64,000 nt of DNA, from IMG/VR virus record IMGVR_UViG_3300037882_002578, positions 32,001-96,000 of that record; one strand, written 5' to 3'. The DNA comes from a virus. This document shows positions 40,047 to 49,229 of this stretch, in pieces; positions within the stretch are counted from its first letter, which is position 1, and every line of letters begins with the position of its first letter. Made by a program: the position numbers and the translations under genes. The notes beneath the pieces are model-generated. The model saw only the letters and a list, made by a program, of their open reading frames with translations. It was not told where the DNA came from and ran no database searches.

Positions 40047-41480
40047 ATGAGTTGTATAGTAATATATGGGGATAGTGGAAATATAGTTGGAACTCAAACT
40101 CCAAAAGAAGAGGTATCTAAACTATTCCCAGAAGTTTTAAATAAAATAAAGAATCCAAAAAGAGCTGCTGACTTAGTGGCTCTAACTTATACAGAAAGAT
40201 TTAAAGAACAAGTTACAACTCCTTTAAAGAGCAAGTACAAATCTTTTATAAGAAAGAGCTTAGATAATTTAGAACCAAGTGACAGAGTAATAAGTCTTTT
40301 ACATAAAGGTAAAGAATATCCTGTAGACTTGAAAAACCTACAGTATAAAACGGTGGAAGTTAATGGATTTACTACTTTTCAAGCTTTTACTAAAGCAGGG
40401 GAAGAATTTGTAATGCTAGGTAAAGTAAGAATGAAACCTTACAAAGATGGATTAGCAATTGAAAGTACTAGTTTAGGTACTTCTCAAGTGTATAACAACG
40501 GCAATATAGAAAATTTACAAGGTAAGGGAATAGGAACAGAGATATACAAGTATGCTATACAAAAAACACTATCTCAAAACAAGCCTTTTTATTCAGACCA
40601 AGCCCAAACAGCGTCTGCAAATGGAGTGTGGGAAAAATTAAAATCTTTAAAAATTGTAAAGCAAGAAGAAGGCAGAAATAAAATTGAAAGTACTCCAAGC
40701 AGTCATTTTGACAACAATGGAGAAGTGCTTCCTCAAGTATTGTTCACTTATTTAAGAGGAGAACAGAATAAAGGAGCTGTACTTACTTTTGAGCAAAAGC
40801 AAGATATAAAAAACGCTTTGTTAACACTCCCTTTTGTGGATTCTCAAGAAATGGCAGATGCTTTAGAAAAAGCTTTCTACAATAATGAAGGAGAATTTAA
40901 AGTAGAAGATAGTAAGCTTAGAGAAATTTATTCTGACTATGAAATCCTTAACATCAAAACAGATTTAGAGCTTCAAAAAAATATTAAAAACATAATAAAA
41001 GCTTTAAAAAATATAGACGAAGTATTTACTAAGGAGAGTTACTCTGAAAGTGATTTTTTAGCAAAGCAGTCTACAATAAACAGTTTAGGAAAGCTTGTAA
41101 ACAACAATCCCCTTTTAACAGAAAAAAAAGTTATTGAAGAGTTAGGCGGAGTATCTGACAGAGAAGAGTTTCTAAGCAAAGCAGAAGCTTTAGAAATACC
41201 AAAAGTACTTGAATTAGCAAAAGAAGAGCCAAAAGAAATAGAAACTCCAAAAATAATAAAAACTAAAAAAATAGTAAAAGAAGTTAGGATTATTAAAGAA
41301 GAAATTATATCTTTGCCAGAAATAAGTAAATTAGAGCTTATTAAATTGCCTTTAATATCTATATCTGAGATAGCAAATGCAAAAACATCTAAAGATATGA
41401 CAAGAATAAGATTAGTTCAAGAAGAGTTGAAAAAAGAGTGGCAAGATTTAGAAGAGTTAAATAATTGTGTATGGAGTTAG
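40047..41480 (+). CDS. Cargo (polyvalent) protein with GNAT acetyltransferase-like domain
   Basis: LQGKGIGTEIYKYAI...SDQAQTASANGVWEKL matches the GNAT acetyl-CoA-binding motif; MSCI N-terminal domain similar to that of the 49230 ORF. Confidence 0.65.
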   Translation: MSCIVIYGDSGNIVGTQTPKEEVSKLFPEVLNKIKNPKRAADLVALTYTERFKEQVTTPLKSKYKSFIRKSLDNLEPSDRVISLLHKGKEYPVDLKNLQYKTVEVNGFTTFQAFTKAGEEFVMLGKVRMKPYKDGLAIESTSLGTSQVYNNGNIENLQGKGIGTEIYKYAIQKTLSQNKPFYSDQAQTASANGVWEKLKSLKIVKQEEGRNKIESTPSSHFDNNGEVLPQVLFTYLRGEQNKGAVLTFEQKQDIKNALLTLPFVDSQEMADALEKAFYNNEGEFKVEDSKLREIYSDYEILNIKTDLELQKNIKNIIKALKNIDEVFTKESYSESDFLAKQSTINSLGKLVNNNPLLTEKKVIEELGGVSDREEFLSKAEALEIPKVLELAKEEPKEIETPKIIKTKKIVKEVRIIKEEIISLPEISKLELIKLPLISISEIANAKTSKDMTRIRLVQEELKKEWQDLEELNNCVWS

Positions 41481-41875
41481 ATGATTTTAAACACGTCCTT
41501 GAAGATAAGAGGCATCAAGAAATACTAACATTACTTTCAAATGCAAATACGGCAAATAAGGGTGTAGTTGAAATAGTTGATGCCAATACAAAAACACTTG
41601 AAAAGTTTATAGAAAAACTCCAAGAAATAAGTAAAGAAACTCCTGCTGATATAACAGTTGAAGTTAACCAAGACTTAGTTATCAGAGAGCTAGCAAAATT
41701 AACTCAAGAGTTTAAAAACAATCTTACGGATTTAAAAAATAATTTAAATAACCCTATAACTTTAGATGTAGAAGAATTAAAGCCTTTACTAAAAAGAGAA
41801 GAACAAAAAAAGAATTGGGTTTTTGACATAAAAAGGGACACTCAAGGATTTATACAAACAATTACAGCAAGATAA
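41471..41875 (+). CDS. Hypothetical coiled-coil protein (first cassette gene)
   Basis: ATG at 41471 overlaps the end of the previous gene; C-terminal WVFDIKRDTQGFIQTITAR hairpin. Confidence 0.6.
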   Translation: MELDDFKHVLEDKRHQEILTLLSNANTANKGVVEIVDANTKTLEKFIEKLQEISKETPADITVEVNQDLVIRELAKLTQEFKNNLTDLKNNLNNPITLDVEELKPLLKREEQKKNWVFDIKRDTQGFIQTITAR

Positions 41876-41898
41876 AATAACCTAAAACCAACAGCCTT

Positions 41899-44451
41899 AT
41901 CGCAGCATTTACAGTAACTACGGCGCAAAACCTAGACCAAATTACAGGAAAGACAGGGGGGGATACCTATTCAATAAACGGAGGAATTCTAACTATAGAC
42001 CAAGACTCTAGAACAGGTTTAAACCAAACAACTTCTACAAGTTTAGGTAGTATTACCTTATCCGCTTCTTTAGGAGGAGTAGTAAACATTGATGGAACTG
42101 CTATATGGATGATACCATTTTCAGCAGGAACAGGAAATGTCCCTGCATTTAATACAGTAATCAGTAACGGTACAGGTACAGGAAAGTTGATTGGAGTTCA
42201 CGCTACTCTTACATCGGCTTCTACAGCATCGGGTGCTGTTATGCCAACCACAGGGTTTATCAGAGTAAAACAAAAAACAGGAGCTTATTCAGCAGGAACT
42301 TTAACAGGCATAGGAGCTACAGCAGACAATGTAGGAAGAGTAGGGTGGATAGAAATAGTTGGGGATGAAGCAAGTACTATAAACGCAAACCGTTTAGGTG
42401 TTTATAACTCTAATGGTGCTTGGTACGAAGTAGGCACAACTTCTGGAGTTTCTAATCAGACTATGCAAATCCCTAATAACGGTTTACAAAGATATTGTGG
42501 AGGAGTTTACATAGAAAAAACAGTGGGTAGTAATGATTTTGAATTTTATCCTAATAACGGAACTAACACAACAACAGGTACAGAAGCTACTAGAGGAAAG
42601 GTAGTTTGGATTGATGCTACAGGACTTGTAAGAATAGGTAACTCTGGAGCTGCAACAAATGGTTTTACACCAATTGCAGGATTAAAAGTAGTAGTAGGAA
42701 ATATATTTTTTGAGAATTGTACAACTGCAGCAAGAACAGCAAATGTAATACCTAGTGCTACGTTAGCTACAAGATATGATTTTACTACCACAGGAGGAGG
42801 AGTTATAAATATTACAAAATCAACTTATGCTTGGTATTTATCATGTGCTCAAGCTTACTCAGTAAATATATCTGAATCTTCCTTTATAGATTCTATATTT
42901 CTATCCGAAGTTGCAACAGCAATGACTTTTAATAAAGTCGGAGTTGGAAACAAACCAACTACTCCATTACTTACATCACCATTAATAATGACGTTTTGTT
43001 TTGCAGGAGGAACGTTTACAGATTGTGTTTGGTTAAGAGTTAGTATGTCAGCATCAGGAGCACACACAAATACTTTGTCAGATTGTTCAGGATTTACTTT
43101 TATAAGAAATAGAATAGCTGCTGGAGTTATTAGAGCAAATGCAACAACCTTTTCTGTAAATGCCACACGTATTAAAAACTGTACTTGGACAACTCCTACC
43201 ATCATACAAGGAGCTATGACATTTACTACTTGTGACAACATACAAATAACGAATACCATTTATTGTGAAGCGGTTTCAGGTACAACACTAACTACTCAAG
43301 TAGGTTATGTATGGACACTAAGTACAAATACCATTAACTGTAAAATATCTGGATTAACAATTCCAGTTTTAAATACACAACCTTATACAGGACTTTTGCA
43401 AATAACAACAGGGTGTTCAAATAACAAACTTAGAAATATTGGTACTAGAGCTTTACCTTTAAGCATGGGTACAGTAAATAACTGTGGATTAATATACACA
43501 ATAGCTTCGGCATGCTTTGAGACTAAGATTCAAAGAGTCTATGTAAGTAATACTCGAACAGGTATTATGACAGGAGATAACTCTTCAAAAGGTCTTACAG
43601 AAGAAAATGTTTTTGGAGATTACGCAGATGCCGTAGACGTTATGGCAGTATTAAACATGGAACGAAAAGGAATGGGAGGTACAGGATTATTAACTGGGCA
43701 AGTTTCTGTTTATGGCACTCATTGGAGGGATGGATTTACTTCTACAACAGCAGGAAGAATAGCAATATTAATGAACGAACCCACAGCCGAAACAACAACT
43801 CAGGTTACACTTACAAACGGTGCTGCCTTTACTTCTGCAGGTGGATTATATATGCCTGTTATAGGACACAAAGCTCTGTTTGAAACACCAAGTTACATAA
43901 TAGGACATAACTCTTTTACCAATACGCCTTTAATAATGGCAGGAGGGACGGCAACAAACTATACTTATAGGTATCAAATAGATAAAGGAGCAGGTTTTGG
44001 GAATTTTAGTTCAGTTTTAACATCTGCAACGTTAGCTACAACTTTAAGTGGAGAAACAGGTATAAATCCCAGTATAGGTATAAAATTAAGATTAGAAATA
44101 ACAACTTCAGTTACGAATACAACAGCAATAACAAGTGTGTTTTTAACAACAGTAAGTTCAACTACTTCTCAAGATTTTCAATACCCCTTAGATACATTTA
44201 AGTTAACACTAAACGGAATAGTCAATGGTTCGGATGTAGTTGTTTTACAAGCAGGGACAGAAACAGTTTTAGCACAAGTAGACCAAAACAGTACAAACAG
44301 TTGGGATTACATCTATGAAATACCTACTATAATTGACATATTTGTTTCTAAAGCAGGTTTTGTACCTTTTTATATTAGAAACTTTACTTTACAATCTTCA
44401 AATGCAACTTTACCAATAGCACAAATTAACGATAGAAACTATATAAATTAA
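41899..44451 (+). CDS. Tailspike/fibre-like beta-helix protein (5' end lacks ATG; ATC at 41899)
   Basis: Frame open from 41881; T/G/S/N-rich beta-solenoid-like sequence, Ig-like C-terminus ending DRNYIN; first ATG only at 42109. Confidence 0.6.
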   Translation: MAAFTVTTAQNLDQITGKTGGDTYSINGGILTIDQDSRTGLNQTTSTSLGSITLSASLGGVVNIDGTAIWMIPFSAGTGNVPAFNTVISNGTGTGKLIGVHATLTSASTASGAVMPTTGFIRVKQKTGAYSAGTLTGIGATADNVGRVGWIEIVGDEASTINANRLGVYNSNGAWYEVGTTSGVSNQTMQIPNNGLQRYCGGVYIEKTVGSNDFEFYPNNGTNTTTGTEATRGKVVWIDATGLVRIGNSGAATNGFTPIAGLKVVVGNIFFENCTTAARTANVIPSATLATRYDFTTTGGGVINITKSTYAWYLSCAQAYSVNISESSFIDSIFLSEVATAMTFNKVGVGNKPTTPLLTSPLIMTFCFAGGTFTDCVWLRVSMSASGAHTNTLSDCSGFTFIRNRIAAGVIRANATTFSVNATRIKNCTWTTPTIIQGAMTFTTCDNIQITNTIYCEAVSGTTLTTQVGYVWTLSTNTINCKISGLTIPVLNTQPYTGLLQITTGCSNNKLRNIGTRALPLSMGTVNNCGLIYTIASACFETKIQRVYVSNTRTGIMTGDNSSKGLTEENVFGDYADAVDVMAVLNMERKGMGGTGLLTGQVSVYGTHWRDGFTSTTAGRIAILMNEPTAETTTQVTLTNGAAFTSAGGLYMPVIGHKALFETPSYIIGHNSFTNTPLIMAGGTATNYTYRYQIDKGAGFGNFSSVLTSATLATTLSGETGINPSIGIKLRLEITTSVTNTTAITSVFLTTVSSTTSQDFQYPLDTFKLTLNGIVNGSDVVVLQAGTETVLAQVDQNSTNSWDYIYEIPTIIDIFVSKAGFVPFYIRNFTLQSSNATLPIAQINDRNYIN

Positions 44452-44458
44452 ATAAAAA

Positions 44459-45811
44459 ATGGCAAAAATAACAAGCCCCTCCCAAATTTCGGTAGGCACA
44501 GAATTAACAATTGACACAACAGCAAAAACATTTACTTTAAATGTAGCAGGAAATTTAGTAGCAAAAGATGGTGTATCTTTTCAAGCGTTATATTCTAAAT
44601 TTATACAATTATGGGAAACAACCGCTTATAATAAATTTGAATTTGGATTTTACGCCATTGATGCATTATCAGGACAATTCCAAATAGGTACAAATGGGCA
44701 AACTTTTAATGGATGGAAGCCTTCAAATGACGCAACTAGACAAATGATTAGAGATGGGGGATGGTCTGAGTTTTCAGCTACGGGGCAATTGCTTAGGCAG
44801 TACGTAGGTATAGTATCTTTGGGAGAAGTTAACACAGGAGCGCAACTTTACTACCAAAAAGTTTTAAACGGGACATCTTCTAATTTTACTTTTTCAGATG
44901 AAGTGAATGAAGGTATTCAAGTTTTTGGTGATATTAATAATGGCAACTTTGATAATCGTAGTTTTTTTAAAGGTTATGTAAGAGAACAAGGAAAAAAATA
45001 TAAAGACTCTATACTTACAGATACAGGTAAAACATCCACAGGTGCGAATATTGTAAATTTACTTTTATCTAATGAAGATGACTTAAAAATACAAGTATCT
45101 GACGCTACCGTAGTTGCAAGTACTCCGTATACAAATATAAATGTTGAGTATTTTGCAACAGACCAAAATAGAACTATTGGAGGAGTGTCTTATCCATTTA
45201 GAACTATTATTAATGGAGCTAATGCCACAGCGGAGCAAATATATACTAAAATACAATACTTACTTAGGCAAGGAACTGATATTGATAATGGAACAGGTAC
45301 TGTAGTAGGAAAAACAGCAAACTTACTTTTAAATTTTGTTGGAGATACTTTAATAACTACAAACGGTGTCTACATTGACAACTATAACACAAATGATGTA
45401 AACAGGCTTGTATTTACAGATAAAAACGGAGTAACAAGAACTGAACCCTTTACCGCTACAGGAACACTAAATTTTAATTCTTTTCTTACACTAGGTGGTA
45501 CAGGATATTATAGAATGTACTTTACAGATTTAGCAGGTGTTGCAGATTATGGGTTGTCTGGAGCAATTACAGTTAATAATGCTGCTGGAGCAGGTGTATT
45601 TGGAACTATCACAAGTTCTTCAATACCCTTTAGTTTCTCTTATGACCAAAATTCACAAGGAGGGCGTACACCAGGGACAGACGCACAAGTTACAGTAGTA
45701 GCAGGTAATGCAGGAAGTGCAAAGCCAGTGGTTACAACTTATACAATTACAAAATCAACAGGTCAAGGTATTTCCCTTATAGCTGAAAATGACCGTGCAT
45801 ATTTAGCTTAA
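44459..45811 (+). CDS. Structural/fibre-associated protein
   Basis: 450 aa, beta-rich, ends ENDRAYLA, similar to the DRNY ending of the previous gene. Confidence 0.55.
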   Translation: MAKITSPSQISVGTELTIDTTAKTFTLNVAGNLVAKDGVSFQALYSKFIQLWETTAYNKFEFGFYAIDALSGQFQIGTNGQTFNGWKPSNDATRQMIRDGGWSEFSATGQLLRQYVGIVSLGEVNTGAQLYYQKVLNGTSSNFTFSDEVNEGIQVFGDINNGNFDNRSFFKGYVREQGKKYKDSILTDTGKTSTGANIVNLLLSNEDDLKIQVSDATVVASTPYTNINVEYFATDQNRTIGGVSYPFRTIINGANATAEQIYTKIQYLLRQGTDIDNGTGTVVGKTANLLLNFVGDTLITTNGVYIDNYNTNDVNRLVFTDKNGVTRTEPFTATGTLNFNSFLTLGGTGYYRMYFTDLAGVADYGLSGAITVNNAAGAGVFGTITSSSIPFSFSYDQNSQGGRTPGTDAQVTVVAGNAGSAKPVVTTYTITKSTGQGISLIAENDRAYLA

Positions 45812-45831
45812 CTTATATAAAAACCAAATAA

Positions 45832-46389
45832 ATGAGTTATATTTTTAATGGTATACAAAAAACAATAACCCTGTCACAAGGAACTGCTAAAATTTCAGTT
45901 AGAGATTTGTGGTCTAGATGGGTAAATTGGTTTTTGACAGACGATAATAGTAAATTCTTACCTGCTTTTAAGATGGTAGGTGGAGAAGATATCAATGCTT
46001 CAGAGGGAACACGTATACCTATATACTCTTTTTTAGAAAATGGGTGGAGAATAAAACCTCAAGAGTCAAACCATACTTTAACAGTAAATGATGGGATACT
46101 TTTAGTAAACGGAGGAGGAGACCCTTTTATAAATACTTCTGGAGCATATACAGTAAGAATAAATTATCAACAACCCTTACAAGCTATATCTTTCTCTTCT
46201 AGTAACACGTCAAACAGCAGTGCAGATTTAGAAGAAATAAAACTTAAAATAGACGAGATGTATAAATTAAGCGGGTTAGATGTTAATAACCCAGCAGTAA
46301 CTACAGCTAATGATATAATAGTAGGAGATATTGTTATAGACATTACAGGAGACGGAGAAACTTCAACAACACTTACAAGAAATGATTAG
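45832..46389 (+). CDS. Structural/fibre-associated protein
   Basis: 185 aa; YSFLENGWRIKPQE motif; tight operon with neighbours. Confidence 0.55.
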   Translation: MSYIFNGIQKTITLSQGTAKISVRDLWSRWVNWFLTDDNSKFLPAFKMVGGEDINASEGTRIPIYSFLENGWRIKPQESNHTLTVNDGILLVNGGGDPFINTSGAYTVRINYQQPLQAISFSSSNTSNSSADLEEIKLKIDEMYKLSGLDVNNPAVTTANDIIVGDIVIDITGDGETSTTLTRND

Positions 46390-46639
46390 TCCTATATCTA
46401 TAGCCACTAGAGGTAGAATAAGTAAGAGTATTAAAAAAACTTTAACTTACTCTACTTTAGGTTTAATGGTTATTATGGCTCAGGAAATTCCTGTAAAACC
46501 GACTGTAATAAAAGGTTCTACCACTCACAGTAAAAAGTTTGTACAGAACATAGAAAAAAACATCCTATATGAAAAAATAATTCGAGAAGATGATGAAATG
46601 TTAACAATGATAAAAATATTTTTACAATGTCAAAAATAA
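46382..46639 (+). CDS. Hypothetical protein (last cassette gene)
   Basis: 85 aa, overlaps both neighbours. Confidence 0.55.
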   Translation: MISPISIATRGRISKSIKKTLTYSTLGLMVIMAQEIPVKPTVIKGSTTHSKKFVQNIEKNILYEKIIREDDEMLTMIKIFLQCQK

Positions 46640-48450
46640 AATGTTTTCAAGGGAATTTTTTACAAAGCGAACTTGAATCAAAAATGTCGCAAGGCATAGA
46701 GGAAACACAATCCATAAAAGAAGTTATTACAGAACAAGCAAATAAAATAATTGATAAAGTTAATAGGTTAAGAGAAGAATTAGAACTACCTTTGCTAGAA
46801 AAAATAATTTTAGAAACTCCAAAAATCACCCAAGAAGAAAAACCCATACAAGATGAACAAATTGTAGAAGTAAAACAAGAGATAGAAGAAATTATAATAG
46901 AAGATATAATTGTTATAGAAAACAAAACTTTATTTCAAAAAATGCAAGAGTTTAAACGTATACCCGAAATGAAAATTGAAGGCAACACTTTAACTCCCGT
47001 AGTTGAAAACAACACAGCAGTTCAATTAGAACAAACTTTAAAGTTAAGCGATGATTTATCTATATCTTCTGACATAATTTACTTAAATGAATTAGCTCAA
47101 GATTTATATAATGAAAACATTGAAGATGTAAAGCAACTTATAAAAGAGGTAGAAGTAAGAGCAGCTAAACAAGGAGTAGACATAGCAGGACTTTCAAGTA
47201 AAGTATTCTCTAAAACTAGAGATGAAATATATGACTTACTAGAGAGTTTAAACACTTTACTTTTAGACCCTTCAGAGCAATCTTTTAATGAGTTTATAGT
47301 AGAACATCAATCAGTTTTTGATTTAGAAGTAAAGCCTAGCGTTAAGGTAGAAGTAGTTTCGGAAAATAATTTAAATAAAAGCCTTATATACTTAAAAACT
47401 AATCTTTCAGAGTATTCGCTTTTCAATGATTTTGGATTACTAAAAGTTTCTGAAGATATATATCAAAGAGTTGAAAAAGAGGATTTAGAAACCCTTTACA
47501 ACAAACTATATGATATATCTCAATACAATCAAAACATATTACCTTTAGAAGCATTCCCTTTAGCAAATCAAGAAGGAGTTATAAGCACAGAAGATTTACA
47601 GAACGCTGAAAATAGAGATTTAATAGTTGCGGACATAAAAAGATTTATAGAAAATGAAGTATCTAAGTTAGACATACCAACTATACCTTTAGATAATACT
47701 GTTTTACAACAAATGGTTATTAATAAATATGCTTTTGGACATCCTATGGCTTTTAAAAAGAATGTATATTTTCAAGAAGAGTTTAACAGTTTTGAAGCCT
47801 TTGATGGGAACGAAGAATACTTAAAAACAGATTTTATAGCTGACTTCTATTCCGAATTTTTGCAAGAAAAAATAAAAGACCGTGAAAAATATAAAGAGTT
47901 CTACAGTAACTTTGCAATAAATGAGAGAGGAATAATACTTGTAAATGATGATGCAATAACAGTTCAAAAAATTAAAGATTATTTAGCCGAAAAAAACATT
48001 AAACAAGCTAAAGATTTAGAGAACTATTCATTATTAACAGACCAAGTACCAAACTTAAAAACTTTAGAAAAACCTAGTTCAGATTACACTAGAGATTTCT
48101 ACAGAGCAAATTATAGTAACAATCCAATGAGTTTGGACAAAGTAAAGGGAGAGTATAAGTTTATAACAGACACTACGATAGTAAAAAACAACAGTATAGA
48201 CAATTTTATAAGAGTTAAAGATAGAGTGTTTGAACTTGTAGACACAAAGGGAGGCAATAGTTTTTATGAAGAAATTCCTGTAAACACATCTGAGTATAAA
48301 ACTTTTAATTTAGCTCAACCTGTTTTAAGTGTTAATATAGATAACTATGGAGCAGAAAGATTAGATGAAATTCCGCCAGTAAAAACTGAAAAATATTACT
48401 CCAAAGCAGAAGAACAAAAAATAAACGAGGAAAGTTTTGAATGTTTATAA
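46627..48450 (+). CDS. Cargo protein, probable C-terminal half of the gene split by the cassette
   Basis: 607 aa, acidic; Cys only at residues 6 and 606. Confidence 0.55.
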   Translation: MSKIKCFQGNFLQSELESKMSQGIEETQSIKEVITEQANKIIDKVNRLREELELPLLEKIILETPKITQEEKPIQDEQIVEVKQEIEEIIIEDIIVIENKTLFQKMQEFKRIPEMKIEGNTLTPVVENNTAVQLEQTLKLSDDLSISSDIIYLNELAQDLYNENIEDVKQLIKEVEVRAAKQGVDIAGLSSKVFSKTRDEIYDLLESLNTLLLDPSEQSFNEFIVEHQSVFDLEVKPSVKVEVVSENNLNKSLIYLKTNLSEYSLFNDFGLLKVSEDIYQRVEKEDLETLYNKLYDISQYNQNILPLEAFPLANQEGVISTEDLQNAENRDLIVADIKRFIENEVSKLDIPTIPLDNTVLQQMVINKYAFGHPMAFKKNVYFQEEFNSFEAFDGNEEYLKTDFIADFYSEFLQEKIKDREKYKEFYSNFAINERGIILVNDDAITVQKIKDYLAEKNIKQAKDLENYSLLTDQVPNLKTLEKPSSDYTRDFYRANYSNNPMSLDKVKGEYKFITDTTIVKNNSIDNFIRVKDRVFELVDTKGGNSFYEEIPVNTSEYKTFNLAQPVLSVNIDNYGAERLDEIPPVKTEKYYSKAEEQKINEESFECL

Positions 48451-48467
48451 AATTCTTTCTATATTTG
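48436..48467 (+). promoter_or_regulatory. Bacteroidota-type promoter
   Basis: TTTG (48436-48439), 20-nt spacer, TATATTTG (48460-48467). Confidence 0.7.
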
Positions 48468-48482
48468 TAAAAAATAAAATAT

Positions 48483-49229
48483 ATGTATAGTAGAGATAAT
48501 TTAAAAAATTTAATACTTAAAGGAGATTGCCTTGAAATAATGAAAAGTATTCCTGATTGTAGTATTGATATGATACTTTGTGACTTACCTTATGGGACAA
48601 CAAAATGTAAGTGGGATACAATTATTGACTTAAAAATGTTATGGTTACAATATGAAAGAATTATAAAAGACAATGGAGCGATTATATTGACTGCACAAAC
48701 CCCATTTGATAAAGTTCTAGGAGCTTCAAATTTAAAGTTGTTAAAGTACGAATGGATTTGGGAAAAAACAAGTGCAACTGGACATTTAAATTCAAAGAAA
48801 ATGCCTATGAAAGCACATGAAAATATACTAGTTTTTTATAAAAATCCCCCTGTTTATAATTATCAAAAAACAGAAGGACATAAAAGGAAAGTAAGTAGGG
48901 CGGAACATAAAATTAATTGTAAAGAAAGTGAGGTTTACAATAAAGGTCAAAAACTAACTACTTATGATTCTACTGAACGTTACCCAAGAAGTGTGTTAAA
49001 ATTTGCAAGTGATAAACAAAAATCAAAATTACATCCAACACAAAAGCCTCTTGACTTAATGAAGTATTTTATTAAAACTTATAGTAACGAAGGAGATATT
49101 GTTTTAGATAACTGTGCAGGTTCAGGAACAACAGGAGAAGCTTGTATAGAGACAAATAGAAATTTTATACTTATAGAAAACGAAGATAAGTACATTAAAA
49201 TAATTAAAGATAGACTTAATAAAAAATAA
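48483..49229 (+). CDS. DNA methyltransferase, N6/N4 beta class
   Basis: Motif IV DLPYG near the N-terminus, HPTQKP, motif I VLDNCAGSGTT near the C-terminus. Confidence 0.92.
   Translation: MYSRDNLKNLILKGDCLEIMKSIPDCSIDMILCDLPYGTTKCKWDTIIDLKMLWLQYERIIKDNGAIILTAQTPFDKVLGASNLKLLKYEWIWEKTSATGHLNSKKMPMKAHENILVFYKNPPVYNYQKTEGHKRKVSRAEHKINCKESEVYNKGQKLTTYDSTERYPRSVLKFASDKQKSKLHPTQKPLDLMKYFIKTYSNEGDIVLDNCAGSGTTGEACIETNRNFILIENEDKYIKIIKDRLNKK

Larger units (their letters stand above)
41239..46826. mobile_element. Putative inserted fibre cassette bounded by 16-bp direct repeats
   Basis: TAGAAACTCCAAAAAT at 41239-41254 and 46811-46826, both encoding ETPKI in the reading frame of the flanking cargo genes. 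Confidence 0.5.

Noticed and set aside
39950-40060. Split intein at the Cys junctions
   Set aside because: No intein-sized domain, no block A/B motifs and no His-Asn C-terminus on either side.
46622-46639. C-terminal Cys (FLQCQK) of the 85-aa cassette gene as another coupler
   Set aside because: Its TGT codon is forced by overlap with the ATG-T of the next gene, so it carries no independent signal.
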